Position numbers and translations under genes: made by a program. From a virus (lineage: Duplodnaviria > Caudoviricetes), in IMG/VR virus record IMGVR_UViG_3300045922_000842, positions 1-54,421 of that record: a DNA stretch of 54,421 nt; one strand, 5' to 3'. The notes under the pieces were generated by a model. It saw nothing but the letters and a program-made list of their open reading frames with translations, ran no database searches and was not told the DNA's origin. Numbering within the stretch: the first letter of the stretch is position 1; each line of letters starts with the position of its first letter. This document shows, piece after piece, positions 20,922 to 29,920 of the stretch.

Positions 20922-22825
20922 AAATCACCGCTTTTTCTTAAATCTTTGTGTTTTCTAATTCCAGCAAGAGCAAACCGCTCATCATCAGATAGCTCTGTTA
21001 TTTCTCCTCGCTTACCGTTCCAACTAAAGTCATAGCTCGCAACTTCACCCAAGTCATTCTTTAAAACATTAACTGTTAAAAATCTGTCTTGTTCAGGAAT
21101 TCTCGGATCAAAGCCCTCTCGATAAACCCCCAAAATCATCCTAAAACTCTGTGCAAGAAATGAGCTGCCTTTGATATTTGTATACGAGTAGATTGGGTGT
21201 GACAAATCTCCGCTTAACTTATTTGGTTGAACTAAGGTAATTAAACATATATCTAAATCGTTTACTAAATCTTGTAATTGTCCAGCAAGTTTTTTACTAG
21301 CTGCAGTATCTTCATTAATGTCAGTATATAGTCTTTCGAAATAGTCCACAAGAACTAATTTAATTTTTTCCCCCGAGTGTTCTTGGCACGCTAAAATGTA
21401 GTTTCTAAGATCATCAACTGTTGGCATAGTTTTATCAAAAAAATAAACATTTTTGTAGTTTTCGTTAATTAAGTCAACAACCTTGGACTCTTGGTCATTT
21501 TGAAACAAGCTGTAGATATTGTCTCTTTTTTCTCCAGTAAGCTTATATAGAATTTTTTCATAGATTCTAATCGAAACCATGTCCAAAGAAGCAAAAACAC
21601 TTTTAATGCCCGCCTTAGAAGTATTTCTTAGGATTTCTAGTGCTAAGGAACTCTTTCCGCTACCGGGACTTCCTAAAATAGCAAGGTTAGTGCCCGTAGA
21701 AATAAATAAATTATCATCTAGAGTTTTAATACCAGTTTTAATTGTATTTTTATCAATGTTCTTAACGTGGTTTTTAAATTTATCTGTAATGTTGTTAATG
21801 TGCTTAGGGCCACTAAAGTCCTCTTTAGGGGGCTTCAAACCCAATCTTTTAGTTACTTCTTGTAAAAGCGGTGTGGCTTCATAGGAGTAAGTTCCACCCT
21901 GCCAGCCGTCTGAATAAACTACGCTTAAAATGTTGTTTTTAATTTCTTGGTCGGTAAAGCGATCTTGATTATTTCTTTTAGCTTGGATATCAGCTACTCC
22001 CTGAAGCAGTCTAAAAGCCAGCTCCTCGTTAAACCCCTGGCTTCTATATGTAGCTGCCAGAATCATGAACGCAGAGTTTCTTTCTCCAGGTAAAAAATAC
22101 CCCTCTTGAAGAGCGTATTTAGCATCAATCATCCACTTAGGTTTGTTGGATAAATCAGCTACCTCAGTAATAAAAATCCCAGATTCTTTTTCTTTTTTAG
22201 GCTCTTCAAACACTGTCTTTGGTAGATTACTTTTTTTCCACCGTCTAGTAATTTCTACCTGTTCTTCTGTAAGAGCGCTTGCAGATTTTTTAATCTGCTC
22301 GCAGCTACTATCTAAATCATTTAGCTTTAAGGGAATTTTGTAAAGGCCACTTTTTAAATTTTTTGTACCAATAACTCTTAGGATTCGATTTGGGTCATAA
22401 ACTACTTTATCGAACGTCTCTAGATCTCCAGCAAGGTTCATTACCGCAACTTTAAATTCTTTAGGAGTAATGTCACTTGTTGTGTGAACCTCAACGCAAA
22501 ACCCCTTGTTGCCTGAAAAAGATAATCGAATAGCGCTGTCATCAACGCCCAATTTTCTTAATCTATTAACTAATACTTTTGTATCGTGTTGAGCCTTTTC
22601 AATATGATCCTCTGAATCAAAATCAAACACTAATTTATCAGTTTTAACATCGGTGATACCACGAACAGATTTTTTATCTTTCCAAATGCGATAGTGATCT
22701 TCTGTATATTTATAAATAGATTGGTAGTAGTCTTTTTCAGTAGTTTGAATATAATCCCAAATATCATCCGTAGTTGGGATAAGACGATAGTTTTTTACGC
22801 CTTCTGATAATCTGATATATTCCAT
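20918..22825 (-). CDS. Primase-helicase fusion (AEP-type primase, PriCT-like region, DnaB-like helicase)
   Basis: FDFD, FSGNKG, D-P-N-R-I-L-R, GERN; Walker A GSPGSGKS, LVDY, LVQPN, KGS. Confidence 0.88.
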   Translation of the reverse strand: MEYIRLSEGVKNYRLIPTTDDIWDYIQTTEKDYYQSIYKYTEDHYRIWKDKKSVRGITDVKTDKLVFDFDSEDHIEKAQHDTKVLVNRLRKLGVDDSAIRLSFSGNKGFCVEVHTTSDITPKEFKVAVMNLAGDLETFDKVVYDPNRILRVIGTKNLKSGLYKIPLKLNDLDSSCEQIKKSASALTEEQVEITRRWKKSNLPKTVFEEPKKEKESGIFITEVADLSNKPKWMIDAKYALQEGYFLPGERNSAFMILAATYRSQGFNEELAFRLLQGVADIQAKRNNQDRFTDQEIKNNILSVVYSDGWQGGTYSYEATPLLQEVTKRLGLKPPKEDFSGPKHINNITDKFKNHVKNIDKNTIKTGIKTLDDNLFISTGTNLAILGSPGSGKSSLALEILRNTSKAGIKSVFASLDMVSIRIYEKILYKLTGEKRDNIYSLFQNDQESKVVDLINENYKNVYFFDKTMPTVDDLRNYILACQEHSGEKIKLVLVDYFERLYTDINEDTAASKKLAGQLQDLVNDLDICLITLVQPNKLSGDLSHPIYSYTNIKGSSFLAQSFRMILGVYREGFDPRIPEQDRFLTVNVLKNDLGEVASYDFSWNGKRGEITELSDDERFALAGIRKHKDLRKSGDL

Positions 22826-22845
22826 TAACCCTCCATAAATGAAAT

Positions 22846-22874
22846 AAAAACTCCCCAGATTGCGGGCTGAGGAG
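22846..22874 (-). terminator. Intrinsic terminator-like hairpin upstream of the primase-helicase
   Basis: Minus strand CTCCTCAG-cccgcaat-CTGGGGAG followed by TTTTT. Confidence 0.65.
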
Positions 22875-22906
22875 CCCCGTTGTAGCGGTGGAAGAGGAGG
22901 GCCGCT

Positions 22907-23140
22907 TTATTCTTCACTAATTAAGTAAACTTCTTGACGAATATAATCAGGAATCTTAGCTAATCGTTCCTTGGCTTTGTCTTCAGTAAGCTTACCCGCT
23001 TGAACCATTCGATCCAAAGATACCCTAGGATCTTGTAGTTGAAGCACAGCTCCCTTTTTAAGACTTAAATCTTCGTCCAGTTTTAAGTACAAAGATTTTT
23101 TTTGGCTTTTTCGGATTGTTCCTACTTTAGTCCACTTCAT
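22907..23140 (-). CDS. Small basic protein (possibly nucleic-acid binding)
   Basis: GGAG RBS; lies in the recombination/replication cluster. Confidence 0.5.
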   Translation of the reverse strand: MKWTKVGTIRKSQKKSLYLKLDEDLSLKKGAVLQLQDPRVSLDRMVQAGKLTEDKAKERLAKIPDYIRQEVYLISEE

Positions 23141-23475
23141 GTTGTTACTCCTTCTTTTTTGATTTCGTTTGCTGTTTGTTCTAATTTTTGCTTTAGTTCT
23201 TCGTCTTTTTGCACTGCTTCAAGCATAACTTTTTTGTTTTCACCCATTGCAAGGCAAAGTAAAAATAGATCGTTTTCGTCTTTCTTTAATAACTCCGGTT
23301 GAGTTTTATTAAAAGGAAACTCCTGTACTGCAATAAATGCTCTTCGTAATGATCTTAGGCTCATATTAGAAATTTTAACTTTCAGTTCACTAGTAAGTCC
23401 CATAAAGTTACGAGCAGCCATGTTTACTTCCGGGGTGTCTAAGTGGTCAACTTCTTGTTTTACTTCTTCGCTCAT
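23137..23475 (-). CDS. Hypothetical protein
   Basis: ATGA coupling to neighbouring genes. Confidence 0.55.
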   Translation of the reverse strand: MSEEVKQEVDHLDTPEVNMAARNFMGLTSELKVKISNMSLRSLRRAFIAVQEFPFNKTQPELLKKDENDLFLLCLAMGENKKVMLEAVQKDEELKQKLEQTANEIKKEGVTT

Positions 23476-24014
23476 AATTCATCCCGCTGTCTGTTTGAAA
23501 AAGACACTTTTTTTGGTGTCATTAATGTTACCGGAGCTGGTGGTGGAGGAACTGCAGTAGATTTTGAATTACTAGTTAATTCTGGGCTTTCTAGATCCCC
23601 ATCAACCATGTCTTCTGTAGGAACACTGAAAGTTTGAATTAGTGCATATTTTAAAGCGGCAGAAAGGGCTTTATTAGTTGCTTTATCACCACTGTCTAAT
23701 CCCTCTGCTGCAATAGGTCCCACTGTAACTTTAGACCCGTCTTCAGCATAAAAATCATACTCTACCATTAAGTGGACAGTTTTATCTACCCCAACTTTTC
23801 CGTTCGACCTAGTAATCTCTCGTTCGGTATGATTAACAGAAATAACTCTAGGAGTCATAAAAACACCAGCTTTTGTAAGAGCAGGATACAGAGCATTTAC
23901 GAATTGATCGATCCCTCTAAATTTAAATCCTTGCTGTAAGTTTTTCTGATCCTTACTTACTGCCTTAATCGATGACATTACCTCTGACATTTTTTTATAA
24001 ATTAAATTTGACAT
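23472..24014 (-). CDS. erf: ERF-family single-strand annealing protein
   Basis: KDQKNLQQGFKFRGID, DSGDKATNKALSAALKYALIQTF. Confidence 0.85.
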   Translation of the reverse strand: MSNLIYKKMSEVMSSIKAVSKDQKNLQQGFKFRGIDQFVNALYPALTKAGVFMTPRVISVNHTEREITRSNGKVGVDKTVHLMVEYDFYAEDGSKVTVGPIAAEGLDSGDKATNKALSAALKYALIQTFSVPTEDMVDGDLESPELTSNSKSTAVPPPPAPVTLMTPKKVSFSNRQRDEL

Positions 24015-24036
24015 ATTTTCCCTCTTTATTTTAGTT

Positions 24037-24375
24037 TTATCTTTGAGTCTTAAATAACTTTCTAGAAGTTCGTTCCGCAGTTTTTGCTACAGCTACTGCA
24101 ATATTGTCCGTAAGATCTGAAACAGCATTAATTTTAGCATAGTCGTGTTCTAAGTTGTAGTCAATTAAAACTTGCACAAACTTTTTAGTTTCTTTATTGT
24201 AAAAAACATCTTGAGCTTGTTGAGTAGAGAAGGTTTTTTCCGGTTCCCCAATTTCCATAAGTTCTTCTTTTGTTTCCTCAACCGAAACTGGTTTTACTGC
24301 TTCGGTAATACCCAGTAACTCTTCTACATTATCAAAAAGATTATCCTCTTTTACTACTAGTTTTTTCTTAGACAT
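24037..24375 (-). CDS. Hypothetical protein
   Basis: In-operon ORF with RBS. Confidence 0.5.
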   Translation of the reverse strand: MSKKKLVVKEDNLFDNVEELLGITEAVKPVSVEETKEELMEIGEPEKTFSTQQAQDVFYNKETKKFVQVLIDYNLEHDYAKINAVSDLTDNIAVAVAKTAERTSRKLFKTQR

Positions 24376-25459
24376 TTTCTAGTCCCTCCATTTTGTTTTT
24401 ATAGCATAACCCAAAATAAGGACAAAGTCCACCCCAATAATTAGTACAGTTATTAAGATTTCTAGGAAATATCTGTGCTTTAATAGCCTCATTTACAGTG
24501 TCTACATTCTCAATTACTATTTGCTCTGTCTGCTCAGGAATTTCGTCTATTAGGATTTGAATATCAATATCAGGCTTAATTGTTTCTTTCCAGGCCCCCC
24601 CGCATCTTTTCTCATTAACGATGTTGTTGCAGGTCTTATGTTTTGATCCAGAGCCGTCATAAGAGCAAACACTACAAATTTTAGTTCTATTTTTATTAAC
24701 TATTTTTTTTAAAACAATATATCCAGCTTTTCGAGTTTTATACTTATCGCTTGTAGCGTGGAGATACAGCGCTAATTGTGAGGACGTAACTACACTATCG
24801 GCGGCATACTCTCTAGTAGAAGTTTTATTGTCTAAGATAACAAGACCGTGATCTCCAAACTCAGCAACTAAATCTAAATACCCAGTAACTTTTTCATCAA
24901 GTTCATTAGATAATTCAATTTGTTCCTGAACTGATATTACTTTTTTTACAGAGGGAATTACTTTTTTAAGATAAGCCCTTAACATTAACTTACCCTTGTT
25001 TCGCATACTCAACCAGTTAAACAGGTTATATATTCTAAGGTCGTCAGCGGATAAGCTCTTTACTGACGGGGATAATCGTTGGTATAAGTCCAATGGATGA
25101 CCAAAGTCTTCCCCGTGTATTTTTTTATAAGTGCTTTCAATCTGTTTGATATCCTCGTCAGTAAGAAGGTCAAAATCAAAATCTGTTTTCGAATAAACCA
25201 CTTTCTCGCAGGTAGGAAGATAGTATTCTTTATTGTTGATTTTACCCATTGTAAACTGTTTTTCAAATTCCACCTCTGCTTTTTCTAAATTTTTTTCTAA
25301 TAATAAAATGTTTAGAGCCGAATCAAGGGCGCTACCGAAAAGCAAGGCCCCGCTTGTAACTTGCGGCCTAATCTTTTTAACGTAGTGGTACTCATAGCTT
25401 TTAGGGCACATTGAGTATTTAGATATTTGCGAGTGGCTTAGTGGGGATCTTTTAGTCAT
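24368..25459 (-). CDS. PD-(D/E)XK (RecB/Cas4-like) exonuclease
   Basis: LSHSQI..CP, GYLDL, ILDNKT, QLALY, C-terminal C...CPY..LC; the MTKRS start after GGAG is preferred. Confidence 0.85.
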   Translation of the reverse strand: MTKRSPLSHSQISKYSMCPKSYEYHYVKKIRPQVTSGALLFGSALDSALNILLLEKNLEKAEVEFEKQFTMGKINNKEYYLPTCEKVVYSKTDFDFDLLTDEDIKQIESTYKKIHGEDFGHPLDLYQRLSPSVKSLSADDLRIYNLFNWLSMRNKGKLMLRAYLKKVIPSVKKVISVQEQIELSNELDEKVTGYLDLVAEFGDHGLVILDNKTSTREYAADSVVTSSQLALYLHATSDKYKTRKAGYIVLKKIVNKNRTKICSVCSYDGSGSKHKTCNNIVNEKRCGGAWKETIKPDIDIQILIDEIPEQTEQIVIENVDTVNEAIKAQIFPRNLNNCTNYWGGLCPYFGLCYKNKMEGLENV

Positions 25460-26209
25460 CTCTTCTCCAAAGAATCTTTTTAGTAAAATGGTGACGAATA
25501 GCCACGCCTTTTTTGTCCACAATAACTTCTCCCCTTAGTTGTTTGTACCGCCAAGAGTTTTTACTAAACCTACCTACAATAAGCTCCAACTCATCCAAAG
25601 ATAAATCAGTAAGCTCCATAGCTTTAGCCAGGTTATTATTATCCGACAAGTAAAAAGAGTCAATTAAAAAATTCATTTCTTTAATACTGTAATTATTAAA
25701 ATGTCTGAATTTACTGAATCTGGGTCTATGGACACACTAAAAATACTGCCTTTTGTTTCCCCGTAAGTTTCTGTGAGAAGTTTATCTAGAACACTATTTA
25801 TAGATTCTAAATCATAACAACGCATAATATCTTCAATTTCAGCAGCTGTTGATCTAAGTTGATACATTACCATTTCACTCTCCTATTTTTTATATAAAGG
25901 ACAATAATCACTGTGGCCTGTGTTTTCCCCATACACCCAGGACCCACATTCGCACCCATTTCCTTTTGATGGCTTGGTTGTATTTGTAGTGAAATTTACA
26001 GGGGAATCTTCCATATCAAAAGGGAAACCAAAAGCGTCTGAGATTGGCAATTGTGTGAAATCAGGTATGAAAAGTTTCCCCCTACTGTCTACCCAAGAGC
26101 TTAGACCTTCGTCCCAAGTATATGTTTCATTATTTTTATAATCATAAAACTTTTCTTGGTCAATCGGAGTATTTTTTAAAGTTCCGTCCGGAAAAATAGT
26201 TTTATTCAT
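25452..26209 (-). CDS. Three small hypothetical genes (25452-25676, 25673-25873, 25883-26209)
   Basis: Coupled minus-strand ORFs; the last ends in a CECG..HSDYCP metal-binding-like motif. Confidence 0.5.
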
Positions 26210-26318
26210 TTTGCCACCCCACCTCTAATTTTACTAACTAAATATAGAATTTACCATCTATTTTTATAAAATTTAAAAAGTAATCCAGTTATGTTACAAA
26301 TCTTATCACAAAATAACC

Positions 26319-26708
26319 TTATTTATAGTTTTCTAACAGAAAGGTCTCAGGAGAAGCACTTCTTACATAGTTATATGCTTTACTTAAAATACTAGAAACA
26401 TAGTTATTGTCATTTAAATTTCTGTTTAATCCTGATGGGTGTGGGAGTGAGAAGTGGTTTATACCTTGAGTTGTAAGTTTATTGCTGGCATTTTTTCCTA
26501 AAGCTATAATCTTAAAGTCATTGTAAAAAAGTAATTTGATTTGACATAAATCATAATTTAACTCACTATTAATGAGAATATAATAGTCTGGATTTATAAC
26601 CTTAATCCAACTTACTAACCGCTCAAAGCACTTAGCGCCGACGAAGGGGATGTCTTTACTTAGATTTAAGCTTGAAGGACTATCCCCCACAAAGACCACT
26701 TTTATCAT
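26319..26708 (-). CDS. Minimal uracil-DNA glycosylase-like protein
   Basis: VVFVGDSPS, PFVG, IIALG..A and LPHPSG motifs of the UDG superfamily. Confidence 0.75.
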   Translation of the reverse strand: MIKVVFVGDSPSSLNLSKDIPFVGAKCFERLVSWIKVINPDYYILINSELNYDLCQIKLLFYNDFKIIALGKNASNKLTTQGINHFSLPHPSGLNRNLNDNNYVSSILSKAYNYVRSASPETFLLENYK

Positions 26709-26924
26709 TTAAGGCTGATCTCCTTCTTCCCAACCATTAACTTCGGTGCAGGATGCAACATAAAAATCTTCAGACCTACCGAAAATATACTCTTTAGTAT
26801 ATGTTGGCGGGAGCATACCCAGGCTTTCAAAAACCTCTAATTCGTTTTCTACCTGGTCGTTAGTAGTAAATACAGTATTGTTTGGACTATCCAATACCAT
26901 ATTTATAAAATCACTCTTTTTCAT
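26709..26924 (-). CDS. Small protein, MKRSE/GMLPP paralogue family
   Basis: MKKSD..GMLPP..WEEGD. Confidence 0.65.
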   Translation of the reverse strand: MKKSDFINMVLDSPNNTVFTTNDQVENELEVFESLGMLPPTYTKEYIFGRSEDFYVASCTEVNGWEEGDQP

Positions 26925-27216
26925 CTTTAACTACTTCCGCCTCATTTAAAAAATACTTTATTCGCTCAAGCGTTTCTTTTACCAGCTCAGTCTGCTCGCC
27001 TTCATATTTGTCCCCAGGCAAAGCTCCAATAAAAAGTCTCTCCGATGAGTACCGATCTCCCAATACACCTAAAACCTCTTGTACATAGTAAAAAAGCTCA
27101 ATTAAAGCTTTCGTCTCGCTTTCATCCGAAGAAAAAACTTCCTTTGTAAGTAAGCCTTCTTCATTTTTGTAGGATATGATAAATCCATTTCTTGCAGATT
27201 CGATTGTTAGTTTCAT
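26911..27216 (-). CDS. Hypothetical protein
   Basis: MKLTIESARNGFII start; in-operon. Confidence 0.55.
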   Translation of the reverse strand: MKLTIESARNGFIISYKNEEGLLTKEVFSSDESETKALIELFYYVQEVLGVLGDRYSSERLFIGALPGDKYEGEQTELVKETLERIKYFLNEAEVVKDEKE

Positions 27217-27235
27217 AAATTATCCTAATTGTTTA

Positions 27236-28297
27236 TTACTCACAAACTTTCTTTGTCTTAATCATATCAGATGGTTCGATATATCGCAAGGTAGAATTTC
27301 CTGGAGTAGACCACTTTAGCTCTGCTGCAATCTGTGTTCTTGGTCCTTGGAACCACTGTACTTCCATTTCATATAGCCCTTTAAGTAAATTAGCACTACC
27401 CACTTTTGTTCTTGGTGCGTGTAGACCGTCGTCTTCTAAAACTGGGAATCCATTAAGAATAACTCGCATACCATCATCAGAGGTAATAGAAAAGTTATGT
27501 GTTCCACTACTAGCAACATTTAACTTAGTAAAACATCTAACGGCATAGTTTTCTCGTAAGTGTGCTAGGCTTGCAGGAAACTTAGGAAAACCTTGATCCC
27601 AGCTTCTAGGAGTCACATCAAAACGGTTCATGTAAAAACTACCTAAGTGTGGTGCTCCATCTAGCTGTGTAGCTAAACTGCTCCGCCCGGTAAAATCGTA
27701 AGCGTGGCAAAGCATGTTAAGAGTGGGGTGCGGATCATTACATTGTCTAGGCTCAAGAGTATTATCTTGCTCAGCTAAATAAAAGTAATCCTGCCAACCA
27801 AGTAGCAGCAAATTAAAGCTATAGTCTAAAGTTTGGTTAACTTCAGAGCTAGTAGTATTTGTACTATTCCCACTACCAGTAACCCCAGACTCAGAGGAGT
27901 TGGTGTTGCTGTTATTTGCCTGGTTAGAGGCAGACCCGCTATTGGTAGAGCTATTTGTACTGTTAGACGAGCTAGAGTTGTTTGCTGTGCTGTTACCAGC
28001 AGAGCTAGACCCTCCATTGCCTCCATTACCAGACCCACCAGTTGCAGAGTTGTTACCGGACGTAATGTCGTTAGTATTCGAGCTAGATCCACCACTACCA
28101 CCAGTTGCAGTGTTCGACCCACCATTTACTGTGTTCGTACTACCTTCTACTACAACGGTAACATTAATGGGCTGCCCCACTGGCTGTGTTGTAACAATTG
28201 GATCTTTTTCTTTTTGTTCCGGTAATTTTTCAACCTGGATAAATTCACCGCACCCAGATAAGCTTACTGCTGCTAAAATAATTAATAATGCTTTCAT
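27236..28297 (-). CDS. Lipoprotein with S/N/G-rich linker and C-terminal PA14 domain
   Basis: AAGGAG RBS, MKALLIILAAVSLSG-C lipobox; FSITSDDGMRVILNG, DDGLH and QWFQG PA14 motifs. Confidence 0.8.
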   Translation of the reverse strand: MKALLIILAAVSLSGCGEFIQVEKLPEQKEKDPIVTTQPVGQPINVTVVVEGSTNTVNGGSNTATGGSGGSSSNTNDITSGNNSATGGSGNGGNGGSSSAGNSTANNSSSSNSTNSSTNSGSASNQANNSNTNSSESGVTGSGNSTNTTSSEVNQTLDYSFNLLLLGWQDYFYLAEQDNTLEPRQCNDPHPTLNMLCHAYDFTGRSSLATQLDGAPHLGSFYMNRFDVTPRSWDQGFPKFPASLAHLRENYAVRCFTKLNVASSGTHNFSITSDDGMRVILNGFPVLEDDGLHAPRTKVGSANLLKGLYEMEVQWFQGPRTQIAAELKWSTPGNSTLRYIEPSDMIKTKKVCE

Positions 28298-28313
28298 ATA
28301 TTCTCCTTTAAAG

Positions 28314-28769
28314 TTAAAAATCAAAACTAACAGAACCACTAATTGTACCATTACTTTGCACTTGTACGCCAACAGATAAATCAGAATCTAGCATTCTTTG
28401 GTACTGCAATCCATAAACAATACCCCGCTCAAGTCTAGCTTCAGATCCCGCAATAGATAGTTTAGTAGGGCCAGAGCCAACCAAGCCACTAATTCTATTT
28501 TTCTTGTTTTCTTTTTTAATAACTGTTTGTGTAACTTTTACAGGCACACGCTCTACTACTCGAACTGGAATGCGCTGTTCAACAACTCGCACCACTTCTT
28601 TTTCTACAATAACTGGAACAGGCTTTTCTACAACCTTAGTTCTAGTTATAACTCTGGGCCTTGGTTGCTTACAAACAACCTCTTTTTTCTGCTCACACTC
28701 TTTCGGACAACACTCAGCAAAAGCTGGGTAATACCCTAACAACACAAATACAACTAGTAATTTTTTCAT
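28314..28769 (-). CDS. Secreted protein with C-terminal beta strands ending in Phe (outer-membrane type)
   Basis: Signal peptide, V/E/K-rich linker, VYGLQYQR..GSVSFDF. Confidence 0.6.
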   Translation of the reverse strand: MKKLLVVFVLLGYYPAFAECCPKECEQKKEVVCKQPRPRVITRTKVVEKPVPVIVEKEVVRVVEQRIPVRVVERVPVKVTQTVIKKENKKNRISGLVGSGPTKLSIAGSEARLERGIVYGLQYQRMLDSDLSVGVQVQSNGTISGSVSFDF

Positions 28770-28789
28770 AAATCCTCCTCTTTGTAATG

Positions 28790-28818
28790 ACAGTACCGGA
28801 AAAAAACCTAGTAAGCAA
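28790..28818 (-). promoter_or_regulatory. Sigma70-like promoter
   Basis: TTGCTT-N17-TACTGT upstream of the GAGGAGG RBS of 28769. Confidence 0.5.
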
Positions 28819-28854
28819 TGTATTTTTTTAAGTGTATCAAACTGAGAAATAGAA

Positions 28855-29114
28855 GGTGTGACAGGCTGGGCGCTACTCCAGCAATGTGCTTACTGAGGTT
28901 CAACCTAAGCACGGCCTTAACCATCAGGTTCGGAAGGCGATTACCCTCTTATTCGGCACCGAATATTGTCTTCATCTGCGCGTTCCAGCCCTCAAAGCTC
29001 CGTTGTCGACCGACCTGTTTCGTTGTTTTAGCTTGCGCCTGCACATTTAAGTGCTAACCGATAAGGTGGAGTCTTGGTTTCCCGTCAAAGGTCAGCTTCC
29101 GCGCCTCTGTCACA
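28855..29114 (-). ncRNA. Unclassified structured ncRNA (~260 nt) with a tRNA-like closing stem
   Basis: GC-rich intergenic block; 5' TGTGACAG pairs with 3' CTGTCACA, followed by CC; adjacent GCTGG/CCAGC hairpin; several internal stems; starts just after a sigma70 promoter. Confidence 0.7.
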
Positions 29115-29120
29115 TTTATT

Positions 29121-29149
29121 AGAATACTATGTTAATTACTTAAAGTCAA
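29121..29149 (-). promoter_or_regulatory. Sigma70-like promoter for the ncRNA
   Basis: TTGACT-N17-TATTCT, with 6 nt between the -10 box and the terminal stem. Confidence 0.7.
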
Positions 29150-29240
29150 GCTTTTTTGTTTTTATATCTAAGTGTTGTATCTAGAATATTTAAAGCCTGT
29201 TTATGGAGTTAAGTATTACATATAGATTACTAATCTGTGT

Positions 29241-29480
29241 TTATTTTGTTTCATCTTCCGGTTCCCACTCGTTAAATTCAGCATAAGAATTTTCAGCCCT
29301 ATCCCAGATAGATTTGTCGGTATAGGCCGGGGGCAGCATACCTACCTCTTCGACCTCGTCTAGAAGCGCCCAGACTAGGTAATCGTCGTTTGGGTAAAGT
29401 TCTTCGCCTGTATCAGGATCATTACCTTTGATCTGGTTTAAACGTGTTTTGAGGCGCTCAATCATTTCACTTCGTTTCAT
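29241..29480 (-). CDS. MKRSE/GMLPP/WEPED family small protein
   Basis: MKRSE..GMLPP..WEPEDE. Confidence 0.7.
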   Translation of the reverse strand: MKRSEMIERLKTRLNQIKGNDPDTGEELYPNDDYLVWALLDEVEEVGMLPPAYTDKSIWDRAENSYAEFNEWEPEDETK

Positions 29481-29578
29481 TCCTGCTCCTTTTTAGGCCC
29501 ATAATAAAATTCTAGATGTCCACCCTCTATTGTGTCTTTATGTACCCAAAATTCTCGTGGTTTATTTTGCTTATTCAT
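29477..29578 (-). CDS. 33-aa ORF absent from the ORF track (MNKQNKPREFWVHKDTIEGGHLEFYYGPKKEQE)
   Basis: GGGAG RBS; ATGA overlap with the next gene; shares EGGHxEFYYGxKK with 30880-31215. Confidence 0.55.
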   Translation of the reverse strand: MNKQNKPREFWVHKDTIEGGHLEFYYGPKKEQE

Positions 29579-29597
29579 ATCGACACTCCCTTACCGT

Positions 29598-29858
29598 CTA
29601 CCATCCACGTTTTTTTGCTGCATTCCAGTAGGAATCCTCAACATTTTCTTCATCTTCCGGCTCCCATTTATTGATTGACCTAATAACATTTGCTCCAATA
29701 GGTAAGGTAGGAACAGTCGGAGGCAGCATACCCACTTCTTTTTCTAAAGTGTGTAGTAAGTTATCTGCCCACTCCTGATAATTTTTAGAGTAAGTATCAT
29801 CTAAAATTTCTGGTTTTGCCCAGTTAGCTAATAACTTAACAACTTCACTTCTTTTCAT
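29598..29858 (-). CDS. MKRSE/GMLPP/WEPED family small protein
   Basis: GGAGG RBS then MKRSE; GMLPP, WEPEDE. Confidence 0.7.
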   Translation of the reverse strand: MKRSEVVKLLANWAKPEILDDTYSKNYQEWADNLLHTLEKEVGMLPPTVPTLPIGANVIRSINKWEPEDEENVEDSYWNAAKKRGW

Positions 29859-29920
29859 AAGATTTAACCTCCAGGTAAAAAAGGGCAATTATAAAACCAA
29901 CAGACGCCGCTCGTACAAAG

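Noticed and set aside
24368-25522. CRISPR-associated Cas4
   Set aside because: No cas genes or array; the ERF neighbour indicates a recombination exonuclease
27826-28379. Alternative-frame ORFs over the PA14 lipoprotein linker
   Set aside because: Stop-free shadows of the low-complexity Ser/Asn/Gly coding sequence
28818-29057. 79-aa + strand ORF
   Set aside because: Antisense to the surrounding operons, no RBS, and overlaps the structured RNA
28855-29114. tmRNA, RNase P RNA or tRNA call for the ncRNA
   Set aside because: TTTGACGGG and GAAGCTGACC resemble pieces of these RNAs, but there is no G3-U70 pair, canonical T-loop, ALAA-type tag, GAGGAAAGTCC core or cloverleaf
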